A stretch of DNA of 33,511 nucleotides from Octopus bimaculoides (taxonomy: Eukaryota): the NCBI RefSeq assembly GCF_001194135.2, contig NC_068984.1, positions 134,906,374-134,939,884 of the forward strand, read 5' to 3'. Both the position numbers and the translations under genes were made by a program. The notes beneath the pieces are model-generated. The model ran no database searches and was not told where the DNA came from. It saw only the letters and a list, made by a program, of their open reading frames with translations. This document shows, piece after piece, positions 22,021 through 33,511 of the stretch (positions are counted from its first letter, which is position 1; the number at the start of each line of letters is the position of its first letter).

Positions 22021-24046
22021 AATAAAAATTATACGGATTTTGAAAATTGGCATAATCTATAGGAAAGATCATTAGTCAATTACATCGACCACAGCATATG
22101 AAGTGTGCTTATTTTGTTGACCTCGGGTAATTGGAAACTTGACCCTGGAAAACAGAGGTAGGAAGTAATACAACACAAGTATAATGTATACTAGGTCTTG
22201 TTATATTTCTTGCCATTTCACACCTCAAATGATCAGAATGTTATTTTAAATGGTTTTTTTTTAGGAAGTATTTGGTACTATTTACCTTCAGTTTCATACT
22301 GTCATACTGTGAGAGATCTCTCAAATAGTTTATTGTATGGAATTATATCTCATTGACCTGGAATAAAGCACAAATACACTAATCATTTCCTTCAGATGAA
22401 TAGGCGATAAATTTTGGCAAGTTAACACTAATACTATGAGCTGAGTGTTTCCATGTGTTCGCCCTTTCTGTGAAATGATTCATACCAATGGCTTTCTTCT
22501 TTAGAATTACAGTTGCGTGTGATGGACTCAAAACTTTAGTTTGGCCATGTAATGCAGATCTTGTAGTTGTTACCATTTAATGTGCTGTTTCCTCTGGGAG
22601 GTCATCTGGGTTTTTTTTTTGCAAATTTCATATTTCTGTATCCAATAATGTATGTTATGGATTTGTATTTGTTTTAGAATCTATTGTATAAATGATTTAC
22701 CATAAGTTATTAAGTCCTAAAAGTCACACTGACATAATAATTTAGCACCTATTTGGCATCGAACCAATACATCAAACATAAATATTGTGTGAACTCTAAT
22801 TCCCGCTCGGAGGCCGCTGATATTGGGAATCTTAACCTTTTAGAGTAAGACTTCAAATTTAGAGAGCTGAAGTTGCTACGTCGTATTGGTTTAGTGATTT
22901 GTACATCAATATCGTTTACTTCTGATACAAATTTTGATTGCTGTACGTGATTTAGTACATTTAAAGCGATTATTGAATAATGTTAATTCATATAATCACA
23001 TTCATAGTCGAAATAAGAAAAATAACGTGATCTTCTAAACTTTTAAGGGATACACACGGATTATGTTTTTATTACTTAGTTCTAGAAACACGGAAAGTGC
23101 CTGTGTACCCATAGGCTCACTCAGATTTGTTTAGGAAATGTAATTGATGTGTAGCTTGACCCGATTCTAAAGTACTCTTGCTAAAGTTTAATATCAGATC
23201 ATCCTTGATTGAGTAAATTCGTGATAAAACACATTGTAGTCCTGACAATTCTATTTTGTATGCGACACTAACCAAAATAATTTTTTTGAAGTTGTGATTG
23301 AAGGGAAATTTAGTTTCAGTTTGTTAGGTTGATTTATCAGCTGATAAAAAAAATTAAAACAAGAAGTATATGAGAGATAGTAGATACGAAAAAAAAAAAT
23401 GTCTGCTTGTATGTAGGATGATATATATCGTTGCTATTATGCAAAACTGTTGTAAGTACAAAACGCTGCTTTTTCAGAAAACGAAATAATGGATTTACCG
23501 TTCTATAGCAAAAGCGTTCTTTGATAATTTTTGATATCTTGGCATCTGAAGCTTGCGCGTCTTTTCGTTAGGGAGTAGAGTCACAGATTTTTGACCTCTC
23601 CAAAAGCCTCATCTCTCTCAGTCGTCTTTGTGTATAGAGCTGGTTTGCCTCGAATCGCAATGTTAATTTGACACTTTCAGGCGAACTCACCCAAGAGCAG
23701 TGATCTAGGCGATTGGGAACAAATGTTGTCGATAGGAGTAGCATGGTATCTTCTTTCCTTGTTCTCAATAACCTCTGGATCCTACCAGCCACTCGACTAC
23801 ACAATATCGCAGGCTTACTAATATGCAGATGGAATGTTATATGATTATTCATGTGGATTCTCTAGATCACTCACCGACTCTGACTGCGAGATCACACTAG
23901 GCACTCCATGTATATTCTGACTGCAATCTATTTGAAATTTCCAGCATTGAACTGCATGTTATTTTCATTTACTCTCTTGCATATTGCATTCAGATCTTTC
24001 TGTAGTTTTAGGGTGTCATCAGAGCCTTAACAACCTGCGATACTTA

Positions 24047-24064
24047 TGCATGTATGTATGTATG

Positions 24065-24098
<34 letters not shown>

Positions 24099-24127
24099 TG
24101 TATGTATGTATGTATGTATTTCTCTCT

Positions 24128-24194
<67 letters not shown>

Positions 24195-24222
24195 CATACC
24201 TACCTACATCTCTCTGTCTCTC
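24047..24222. repeat. (GTAT)n(CTAT)n compound microsatellite
   Basis: Direct periodicity. Confidence 0.95.
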
Positions 24223-26250
24223 TCACCGGTAAAGTCAATAGTTGCACCGAGAGATTAAATTTCTTTTGTGGTATTAACGTTGAAGACCTCGAGTTTAGCG
24301 CTGAAGTGTTTAAAGTTTTAACGCTATGATGTCACGTTTCGAAGTAACCAGTAAATTAATTAGTAAGGAATTTCATTCGGCAACAACTTAGACGTTTTTT
24401 ATATTGTTAAAAATATTCTAGATGAATGCTGAGCCAGGCTATTTCTTTCTGCTTTTACATGTACTGTATTAGTAAAATGTTTATGCTCTTTCAAGATACG
24501 TCTTTGAGTCCTTCTCTTCCGATGCCACTTCCAGAATACATGTATCTCTGATTAATAATTAATGCTTTTGTGTCTCACACTTTTGCCAGTATGATCTTCC
24601 TTTATTGTAGTTGCCATAACTCTACTGCTAGAATAGAATTACAGAGCCTAACGTTTCTATCATTCAATTTGCAATACATTCTTTTAGACATGCCACTTCG
24701 CAACTCGAAATCACGCAATTCTTTCCAGCAATTCATTGAAGTATGTTGTATCTCTGGGGTGTTGTCAAAATTTCCACTCCATCTCTAAGTTAAATTTACG
24801 GGGGCACATACGAAGTCAATATAAAAATTTAATGAAAATATTGACAAGAATAGTGTGTTCCCTCTATTTTAACAGTGAAATACACATACCTGGAAGTTAG
24901 GAAAATGAGATAATGTGTATTAAGTAACTTGAAGATGAGAACCATTGAAACATTAACCGTTAAGTTGGAATTACTAATGGCAAAACATAGCTGTCGACTA
25001 GCATTTAATATTAGAAAACTCCATCAGCACAATTACATCAATGTTGATATACAATTCCGAACGCCTTGTTGTTAATATTCTTAGTGCTAATTAAATGCAC
25101 TGTATTTCATTAAGTTCGGTAATCTTTATACAACTGGGAATGTCGTAATACTCAACAGTCAACGGGATATCCGGCAAGCTATATATCTAAGATGTGATAA
25201 TATATAGAAGATGACAGCATACATTGCAAGTAATATACTTTGGATTGTACCACTCTCCAAAAGTTCGGAATATCAGGCGAACTACATTGACAGCAATGTG
25301 CTAATATGAACAACTTTCTAAAAGTAATTAACCGCATAGATCAAGTGGCGTTGGAGATATTGGATATTGTTTCAATAGATACGACAAATATAGAATTGCG
25401 CAGGAAAGAAATGAAGAATATGTTTGAGGTTGGTGGCAATATTATAACATTTTCTTGTGCTTGTTTTTGGTGTTAATATTGATGGTGATAATGCTGCTGC
25501 CTCTCTTGATGTCGCGAAATGGGATTGGAGAACTACATTCATATTGTATTGAGAAATTGTGACTGTAATCAAATCACCGAAGATTATTTAGTTGATAAAT
25601 CAATAGTTTAATCTTCATTCTGTTATTCCCAGCGACCTATTCAATTTATACTTCAGTCGAAAATGGCGAAATGTAATAATGTTTTGTCAGAATAATTTTA
25701 AATATATTTTCTTCATTCGTAGCGTTGGTTAACTGAAGTTTGGCATGATATAATCCAAATGAACCAATTGGCATTGTCACTTACAGAACAATTCAAATAT
25801 ACAACTTCGAAATATACCGTAGACATGGAATATACACTGATTACAACAACACTATATAAGTGAGGTGAGTTTGCAGGAATTATTAAACGATGGGAAAGTT
25901 TTTCTGCGTTATTTAACTTGGACATTTTAAGATCAAATCTTGTTAGGTTCGAATTGAATGCAATACTTGAGTCTGTGATGTAAACAAAATAAGAAATAGC
26001 AGCCTCAAGGCTGAAATATATAAAAGAATAAAATAATAATATAAGGATACATTTCAGTCTATTCTATCAGGTTCTTCTGGAATGACATTCCATGAGCAAC
26101 AATAATACAATACAATGAAGAGTAAACATACGATATTGTGGAGACAATAGAACATCGATGTATTGATTTATAGTAGTAAGATGGGAATTGAAATTCTACC
26201 GATTTTTCGATAGATATTCAATATTTAGGTATCGATAATTGACGTACTTT

Positions 26251-26420
26251 GGCAGCGAACTGACAGAATCGTTAGCACTTCGGACAAAGTGCTTAACTGC
26301 ATTTCTTCGGGCTGTTTATTTTTCTGAGTTCAAATCCCGTTGACGTTCATTCTACAATTTCTCCATTCGGAGTCAATAAAATTCAGCACCGTTCCAGTAT
26401 TGGAGTCGATGTAATCGACT
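26251..26420 (+). mobile_element. SINE-A, old decayed copy
   Basis: GGCAGCGAACTGACAGAATCGTTAGCA head, TCTGAGTTCAAATCCC B box, GGAGTCGATGTAATCGACT hairpin. Confidence 0.75.
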
Positions 26421-27042
26421 TGATGGTCTTGAAATCTGAAACGGATTGACGTCCCGTTCAGGGGGAATGCTGTGGCCCCGGTCACTTATACGCCATGAAA
26501 ACCTGCCTTAGGATACCAGAAAACTTTTAAGTAGCGGCATTTACACACAAAAACAAAGGGCTTCACATCAATTCATACATTTTATAAAATATTTCTTTAC
26601 AATGAGAAGATCCCTCACAAAAGGAGTCTGGTAAGATGTATAAAGAATGTAATATTAAAACTTTATGGATGTATTAATCAAAAAATGTCAGACAGACGTT
26701 AAGATTATTACATGGAAGTGAGATAACTATACGTGATTAAAGATATTATTTACAACGCGACGGAAATACGTGTATTTTGTTTATATCGTTGCAGTTATAG
26801 ATTTTCGAAGGAGCGTATCAACTCGAATAACCATGAAAACTTATGGGTATTGTCCCTCATAACTTCAATAACAACACAGAAAGACAAGTGAACAGAAAGT
26901 AGACATTTGAATTTAACAAAACTGCAAAGCGACATATGTATAACGTAAAAGACCTGATGAAATATAGTATAGCCATAATATAGTAATATACCTACGCATG
27001 GATTATACATAATCTCGCTCTCGCTCTCCCTCTCTGTTTATA

Positions 27043-27697
27043 NNNNNNNNNNNNNNNNNNNNNNNNNNNNNNNNNNNNNNNNNNNNNNNNNNNNNNNNNN
27101 NNNNNNNNNNNNNNNNNNNNNNNNNNNNNNNNNNNNNNNNNNNNNNNNNNNNNNNNNNNNNNNNNNNNNNNNNNNNNNNNNNNNNNNNNNNNNNNNNNNN
27201 NNNNNNNNNNNNNNNNNNNNNNNNNNNNNNNNNNNNNNNNNNNNNNNNNNNNNNNNNNNNNNNNNNNNNNNNNNNNNNNNNNNNNNNNNNNNNNNNNNNN
27301 NNNNNNNNNNNNNNNNNNNNNNNNNNNNNNNNNNNNNNNNNNNNNNNNNNNNNNNNNNNNNNNNNNNNNNNNNNNNNNNNNNNNNNNNNNNNNNNNNNNN
27401 NNNNNNNNNNNNNNNNNNNNNNNNNNNNNNNNNNNNNNNNNNNNNNNNNNNNNNNNNNNNNNNNNNNNNNNNNNNNNNNNNNNNNNNNNNNNNNNNNNNN
27501 NNNNNNNNNNNNNNNNNNNNNNNNNNNNNNNNNNNNNNNNNNNNNNNNNNNNNNNNNNNNNNNNNNNNNNNNNNNNNNNNNNNNNNNNNNNNNNNNNNNN
27601 NNNNNNNNNNNNNNNNNNNNNNNNNNNNNNNNNNNNNNNNNNNNNNNNNNNNNNNNNNNNNNNNNNNNNNNNNNNNNNNNNNNNNNNNNNNNNNNNN
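27043..27697. other. Assembly gap (N)
   Basis: N run. Confidence 0.99.
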
Positions 27698-28229
27698 ATA
27701 TATATATATATATAAATAATATTTACATGATATTCAATGCTTGTGTGTATGCAAGTGTAAAGACAGAAGAAAAAGAAGGTGAGAGAGAGAATGAGGCTCA
27801 GAGAGAGGGAGAGAGAGGGTGTGTATGTGTGCGTGTGTGTGAAAGTGAGAATAACAGAAAGAGGAAAAGAGGGACGGATGAAAAGAGAGAGAGAGAGGGA
27901 TATTACTGCTCAGCATATTTTAGCCCACCCACAAATCTAATCTGACATATTTACTGCCTGCCGTTATCAAATGACTTATATATTTTCAATGTATAATGTC
28001 TGCATTTACGACTTTTTCCATATTCATATACGATTCCTATAAATCCGTAGCGATTGTGCTTTTGATACTATCTATTGTAGATTAGATTTTGGCGTCCGAT
28101 TTGGGAAGTTATCGATAAATCTAATCTATGCAGATGTACTTGAGGTTAGATAGATTTGGCTAATTTCGGAGGCAGACTTACAACCGTTATTTCCGAAATA
28201 TATTTCCTCATTCACTAGGTTTTGTACGT

Positions 28230-28412
<183 letters not shown>

Positions 28413-28665
28413 TATGTGTGTATGCATATGTCTACATATCTATGCCTGTGTATGTCAATGTGAAACTTATGAAAGCACATAATTTACGAATAACTTAATA
28501 TTCAAATAATAATCACCTACGAAATTACGTCCCAAAGGATAAACGAACTCACAAACATTGTATTTTACACACACACGCCCACCCGCTCGCACGCGCGCGG
28601 AAAAAAACATATGTAAATATTTATGTATATATGTGTGTGCGTATGCATCAATGTGTGAATGTGTG

Positions 28666-28709
<44 letters not shown>

Positions 28710-28718
<9 letters not shown>

Positions 28719-28980
28719 AATAAAATATAAACATATGCATATATACATACATATATGTACATACCTACATCTATATGTATAGATACAAGCATTTATGGGT
28801 ACAGGGCATTACAAAAAACGTTAAACACAATGAGAAACGAAAACATGAAGACGAAAACAGAAAACGAACTTCTTTCGAACAACGAAAAAAACAAACCATG
28901 AAACGAGATATGCAACATAAAGAGTATACCCCTTTGTCAGTTGTCCCTGTTCCATCTACACCGCGTTTCGAAGGGAAGTG
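28710..28980 (-). repeat. Unclassified interspersed-repeat-like segment abutting (TA)n, possibly a Penelope-like terminal repeat
   Basis: Strong strand-biased A-richness (AAACG iterations), adjacent to (TA)n, and hammerhead-like words (CCCTTCGAAACGCGG, CTGACAAAGGGG) on the minus strand. Confidence 0.35.
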
Positions 28981-28984
28981 TGCT

Positions 28985-29460
28985 CATATTTAGAAGCCTG
29001 ACAAATATGATAATTTAGGTTTCTGACGTCAAACAACGTCCTCGTCATAGAGATAGGTGCCAATGGATTTGAGAGGAAATCTGTGTATGATCTCATAAAG
29101 CGGTTCTTCTTTTCTGTTAGAAAGAAAACTAAAGCCCTTAAGACAAAAGTAGAAGCAGTTGAGAAGTGTGTCAACTGCATCTGGTCAATGGGAAATGGAA
29201 GTAAATTTCAAAAATCATGATTTACTCTACAATCAACAGGTAGCTTAGATTTTAATAACCCGGTGAGATTTTCAAGGTAGGCAATACAATAGCACAGAAT
29301 GTGCCATTGTCTTGGATAGCCCTTTGTGGTAGCAAAAGCTGTCCACATGTCGTGGCCTAGATGAGTCCCGGTAAGTAATTACAGATTGAAACACTGGCAT
29401 GAAGAGGCATGCAGAGTTTCTTTGAAGACCTGCTGTTCAGCTCTCGGTGGATGTTTTAAG
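28985..29460 (+). mobile_element. 3' end of an RLE-type non-LTR retrotransposon (HERO/NeSL-like) with 3' UTR
   Basis: KPDKYDNL, then 29038-29220 VLVIEIGANGFERKSVYDLIKRFFFSVRKKTKALKTKVEAVEKCVNCIWSMG. Fits the RLE C-terminal pattern K..KY..L...EVG.RGF...AE..S.WIW. Confidence 0.7.
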
Positions 29461-29723
29461 TAGTTGAAAATAAAGCTAGACATAACCAATAGCTATAACA
29501 GATAGACATAACTAATAGCTATATCAGATAGTATATTCAGTTATTTTTCCGTCATCTGTGTTCTTCTCTGTCTTTCTCTCCGTGTTTTTTTCTTGTTTCT
29601 CTCTTCACCCCCATCTCTATCTATTCACCTGTCTATCTATCATCAGTGTGTGTGTGTGTGTGTGTGCGTAATTAAATATTGCTTTCAGTCATGACACAAC
29701 AGTCTTTAGTTTCGGTGGAAGGG

Positions 29724-29857
29724 TTAAGTCGATTACATCGAACCTGTAAGGATGAAACGTAAAGTCGAGCTCAGCAGGATTTGAACTCACAACGCAAAGA
29801 CAGACTAAATGCTGGTAAGCGTTTTTCCCAGCGTGCTAACGATTCCACCAGCTCGCC
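29724..29857 (-). mobile_element. SINE-A, decayed, internally deleted
   Basis: Minus strand GGCGAGCTGGTGGAATCGTTAGCACGC...GAGTTCAAATCC...CTCGACTTTACGTTTCATCC...CGATGTAATCGACTTAA. Confidence 0.8.
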
Positions 29858-30422
29858 GACTTTATGTAATTAAATAATATAGCAACCGAGACTGGTGGAA
29901 GAGAGAAAGATACCATCAAGACAGAAGTCTGACTAGAATGCTTAAATCCGAGTAGACCCCGCCAAAGAGATCCAAGGTGCAAAATGGCAGTGTTAAATCT
30001 AGTCGCGAAATAAAAGTCTTTTTTGAAGATAACTGCACATACACACACACACACACACAGGCATACACACGCACGCACACATATACCCACCATACACATA
30101 CACTTAATACTTTCTCTGTTTAACATCTTTCTTAAAATTATATTGATCAAGACGGAATAGTGATTAGAAAATAAAGATTGAAGTCAGATAATAAGAATAT
30201 GAAAAATATTATCAATCTAGAGAAGATAAATGTATTTAAGACTTAATATATATCTACTGTCAAGAAGAGTGAAATCACTGGTTAAAATCAAAATATATAT
30301 CGATACATATATCTTGTTTTATTACTTTATTATTCTCCCTCTTCGGATGTCGCATTATACGATTCCCAATCCATTTACGTTTTGAGAAAAAGAAATTGCA
30401 TATATAGGTACATATATGAATG

Positions 30423-30423
<1 letters not shown>

Positions 30424-30504
<81 letters not shown>

Positions 30505-30559
30505 TTATATATATATATATATGTTTGTGTGTTTGTGTGTGCGTGTGTATGTATATATA

Positions 30560-30593
<34 letters not shown>

Positions 30594-30620
30594 AATATAT
30601 AAATATATAATATATATATA
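30424..30620. repeat. (AT)n-dominated microsatellite
   Basis: Direct periodicity. Confidence 0.95.
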
Positions 30621-30625
30621 TAGTC

Positions 30626-31010
30626 GCAGGAGTGGATGTGTGGTAAGTAGCTTACTTACCAACCACATGGTTCCGGGTTCAGTCCCGCTGCGAGGCACCT
30701 CGGGCAAGTGTTTTCTACTATAGCCTCGGGCCGACCAATGCCTTGTGAGTGGATTTGGTAGGCGGAAACTGAAAGAAGCCCGTCGTATAAATGTATATAT
30801 ATATATATATGTATGTGTGCTTGTGTGTCTGTTTGACAACCGATGCTGGTGTGTTTACGTCCCCGTAACTAAGCGGTTCGGCAAAAGAGACCGATAGAAT
30901 AAGTACTAGGCTTCCAAGGAATAAGTCCTGGGGTCGATTTGCTCGACTAAAGGTGGTGCTCCAGCATGGCCGCAGTCAAATGACTGAAACAAGTAAAAGA
31001 GTAAAAATAG
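30626..31010 (+). mobile_element. SINE-B, full-length tRNA-derived CORE-like SINE with an internal (TA)n/(TG)n tract
   Basis: A box TGGATGTGTGG, B box GGGTTCAGTCC, CORE-like CACCTCGGGCAAGTG, internal microsatellite about 30787-30830, CTGGGGTCGATTTGCTCGACT hairpin, tail TGACTGAAACAAGTAAAAGAGTAAAA. Confidence 0.92.
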
Positions 31011-31011
31011 A

Positions 31012-31167
31012 NNNNNNNNNNNNNNNNNNNNNNNNNNNNNNNNNNNNNNNNNNNNNNNNNNNNNNNNNNNNNNNNNNNNNNNNNNNNNNNNNNNNNNNNN
31101 NNNNNNNNNNNNNNNNNNNNNNNNNNNNNNNNNNNNNNNNNNNNNNNNNNNNNNNNNNNNNNNNNNN
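31012..31167. other. Assembly gap (N)
   Basis: N run, followed by (AG)n. Confidence 0.99.
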
Positions 31168-31201
<34 letters not shown>

Positions 31202-31214
31202 GGGGGGAGGGTAT

Positions 31215-31414
31215 GGTGAGCTGGCAGAAACGTTAGCACGCCGAGGGAAATGCTTAGCGCTACTTCATCTGCCGCTACGTTCTGAGTTCAAATTCCGCCG
31301 TGGTCGACTTTGCCTTTCATTCTTTCAGGGTCGATTAAAGAAGTACCATTTACGCACTGGGGTCGATATAATCGACTCAATCCGTTTATCTGTCTTTGTT
31401 TGTTCCCTCTGTGT
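31215..31414 (+). mobile_element. SINE-A copy
   Basis: Colinear and highly similar to 11264-11493; lacks the extreme tail. Confidence 0.9.
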
Positions 31415-31635
31415 TATTGTGTTATACATCGATTCTGGGAATGTTTAAAGGAAAATAATATATATTTTGTTCCAAAATTTACAGAACATACTATAAGTTC
31501 GTAGAATACATTGCGAAATACAACTATGCTAAGTATAAAGATAGCAGGAAATGTATACACTATAAATGCCGCCTACGAAAATAACTGAAATTACAATTAC
31601 ATAGTTAACATCACAAAATACACACTGCTAAATAC

Positions 31636-31853
31636 AGCTCGCAGAAACGTTAGCACGCCGGGCGAAATGCTTAGCGGTATTCGGTCTGCCGCGATGTTCT
31701 GTGTTCAAATTCCGTCGACTTTGCCTTTCATCCTTTCGGGGTCGATTAAATAAGTACCAGTTACGCAATGGAGTCGATATAATCGACTTAATCCGTTTGT
31801 CTGTCCTTGTTTGTCCTCTTTGTGTGTATCCCCTTGTAGGTATTAAATAAATA
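31636..31853 (+). mobile_element. SINE-A copy
   Basis: Colinear with 11264-11493. Possible 9-bp TSD ACACTGCTA (31622-31630 / 31854-31862). Confidence 0.9.
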
Positions 31854-32444
31854 ACACTGCTATGCTGAAGAAATTTTGTGACATAAAATTCTCAGAGATG
31901 TTCCATGTCACAAGATTTCTTGAATGTAAAAATATGTATGGTTTCAATATTTTTGCGTGTGTGCGTCAGTTTTCACAGCGACAATATTTTATATAAGCAT
32001 CTCTCAGGACTGAGCATCTGTCCAAAATCTTGACTCTATGGGTGCCTGTTCCTTGTTGAGGGTCTTTGAGTATTTTAGTCAAAAAGATGGCAGTGTCCCT
32101 TGTATCAGCAATTCCTACATAGTTAATTAAGTGTTGTATTTCTATGCATATCGACGAAACCGAAATCTGCAACTATATAATTATGCCGCCTCTTTTTCAT
32201 TGATATTTCACAATGCCAATACAACTTCTGAAGCATGTAACCCACCATTATATCATCCATGAAAATAATTTGTCAGCAAAAAGAATCCTCAAAGCAACAT
32301 GGTTAATTATTCCTTCCCTTCTCCGCATCACTGCAATTTCAAATATCATGTGTTATTACGTGCTTTATTTCAGTTATTACTTGCTAGATCTATTTGTAAT
32401 CATACAATGCCTATTGTATTATAGTATTCGAGTTGCATAAGCTT

Positions 32445-32960
32445 TTACCTTATCATTACTGTTGTTATTATTTCAGTTACGCGAAATAGATTAGCCTGCT
32501 GAAAAACATTGCCCACATCGGGTTACAACAAGTAAACTTAAATACCAAGGACTTCCACAGTATTCTAGCTGTCGTTAATAATATTGTTTTCTTGAGCTAC
32601 CCTAAACTATTTTTTTGACTATTTCCTCTATCCATCTGTTCAAATCTTTAGGAATGGTTGCTACAAGGATCCAGTTTACCTTCATTTTGCCCAGCTTCTG
32701 TAACGCAATGGCTAGACTCTGATACTTTGCTATTTTCTCTATACCTTTCACATTGACTTATTCATCATTTGGAGCTGTAAATTAATTACCTGGCACTTTC
32801 TATTCTCTTTGTCTACGCTTACTAAATCATTTTCCTTGTCTACCAGGACTTCGTCTGGATATTTCTCTTGCGTATTGTGTGTATTACTAAAGTTCAGGAT
32901 TTCTTATGAATGTCTATAAATTTACATTTCATCCAGGTCTGGGTCCTTCATCTCGCTAGT
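32445..32960 (-). mobile_element. 3' end of an R4/Dong-like RLE non-LTR retrotransposon
   Basis: Minus strand YPDEVLVDKEN...RKCQVINL/APNDE*VNVKGIEKIAKYQSLA...KMKVNWI...LKKTILLTTARIL fits the R4-clade PD-(D/E)xK C-terminus. AAT-type tail follows. Confidence 0.8.
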
Positions 32961-33234
32961 CACTGCATTTCCTTAATAACATACAGATTCGTCTGAAACA
33001 GATAATGTTCCTTCTCTGCAGGAACTCTATTCCATTTTTCTTTTTTTTTTTCTGAGATGTTTTTGAGTTTTCTGTTCGGTATAGTCTCGCTTGTCTGTTT
33101 GTCTGTTTCTCATCGTCGGAAGTGAATCGGCTGCTACTGCTGCGCAGAAATGTTTTCTGTTTGTTTCGAGATTATTATTGCTGTTGTTTTGGCTGCGTTT
33201 AACTCTCGTTTTCATTACTAGGAGCACTAAACAC

Positions 33235-33349
33235 TGAAAGGCAAAATCGACCTCGGTGGAGTTTGAACTCAGAAAATAAAGATGGTCAAAATGAAAAATG
33301 CCACTAAGTATCGCATCCAGCGTGCTAACAATTCTGCCATGTCGCCACC
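33235..33349 (-). mobile_element. SINE-A 5' portion, decayed
   Basis: Minus strand GGTGGCGACATGGCAGAATTGTTAGCACGC...TCTGAGTTCAAACTCCACCGAGGTCGATTTTGCCTTTCA. Confidence 0.8.
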
Positions 33350-33352
33350 ACC

Positions 33353-33458
<106 letters not shown>

Positions 33459-33511
33459 TGTATTTTAACTTGATACCTCCACTACCCGAACAGCGATCGT
33501 AAACACACGTG

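Noticed and set aside
25470-25550. SLDVAKWDW as a viral RdRp motif A
   Set aside because: Single short motif; no motif B or C downstream in any frame I could read.
29355-29395. CTAGATGAG...GAAAC in the HERO-like 3' UTR as a ribozyme
   Set aside because: Insertion in the core, no stem II and no NUH triplet in register.
29477-29531. 26-bp tandem duplication (2 copies)
   Set aside because: Ordinary slippage duplication with no structural or functional signal.

Overview
This is AT-rich eukaryotic (animal) genomic DNA, not a prokaryotic locus. It has five N-gaps, dense di-, tri- and tetranucleotide microsatellites, and many tRNA-derived SINEs of a style I associate with Octopus/coleoid cephalopod genomes (taxon is inferred, not verified). 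I cannot support any complete host protein-coding gene. Almost all ORFs in the supplied track are microsatellite or N artefacts, or transposon fragments. Recognisable content: four SINE families (labelled A-D here, my own labels); two DD41D/rosa-like and one internally deleted maT/DD37D-like Tc1/mariner elements plus a 5' Tc1/mariner fragment; Helitron remnants; 3' remnants of Tx1/L1-like, HERO-like and R4/Dong-like LINEs; and two low-confidence 54-nt exon candidates. The three most interesting observations are: (1) a type I hammerhead-ribozyme-like fold at 2263-2354 with a self-complementary stem III, as in Penelope-type minimal hammerheads; (2) a shared 3' tail between SINE-A and the Tx1-like LINE (33/43 aligned columns), suggesting a SINE-LINE partnership; (3) two SINE-D insertions stacked at one site, with the empty and filled states apparently lying on either side of an assembly gap. 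Family assignments come from motif recognition by eye, with no database search, so novelty cannot be established from here.
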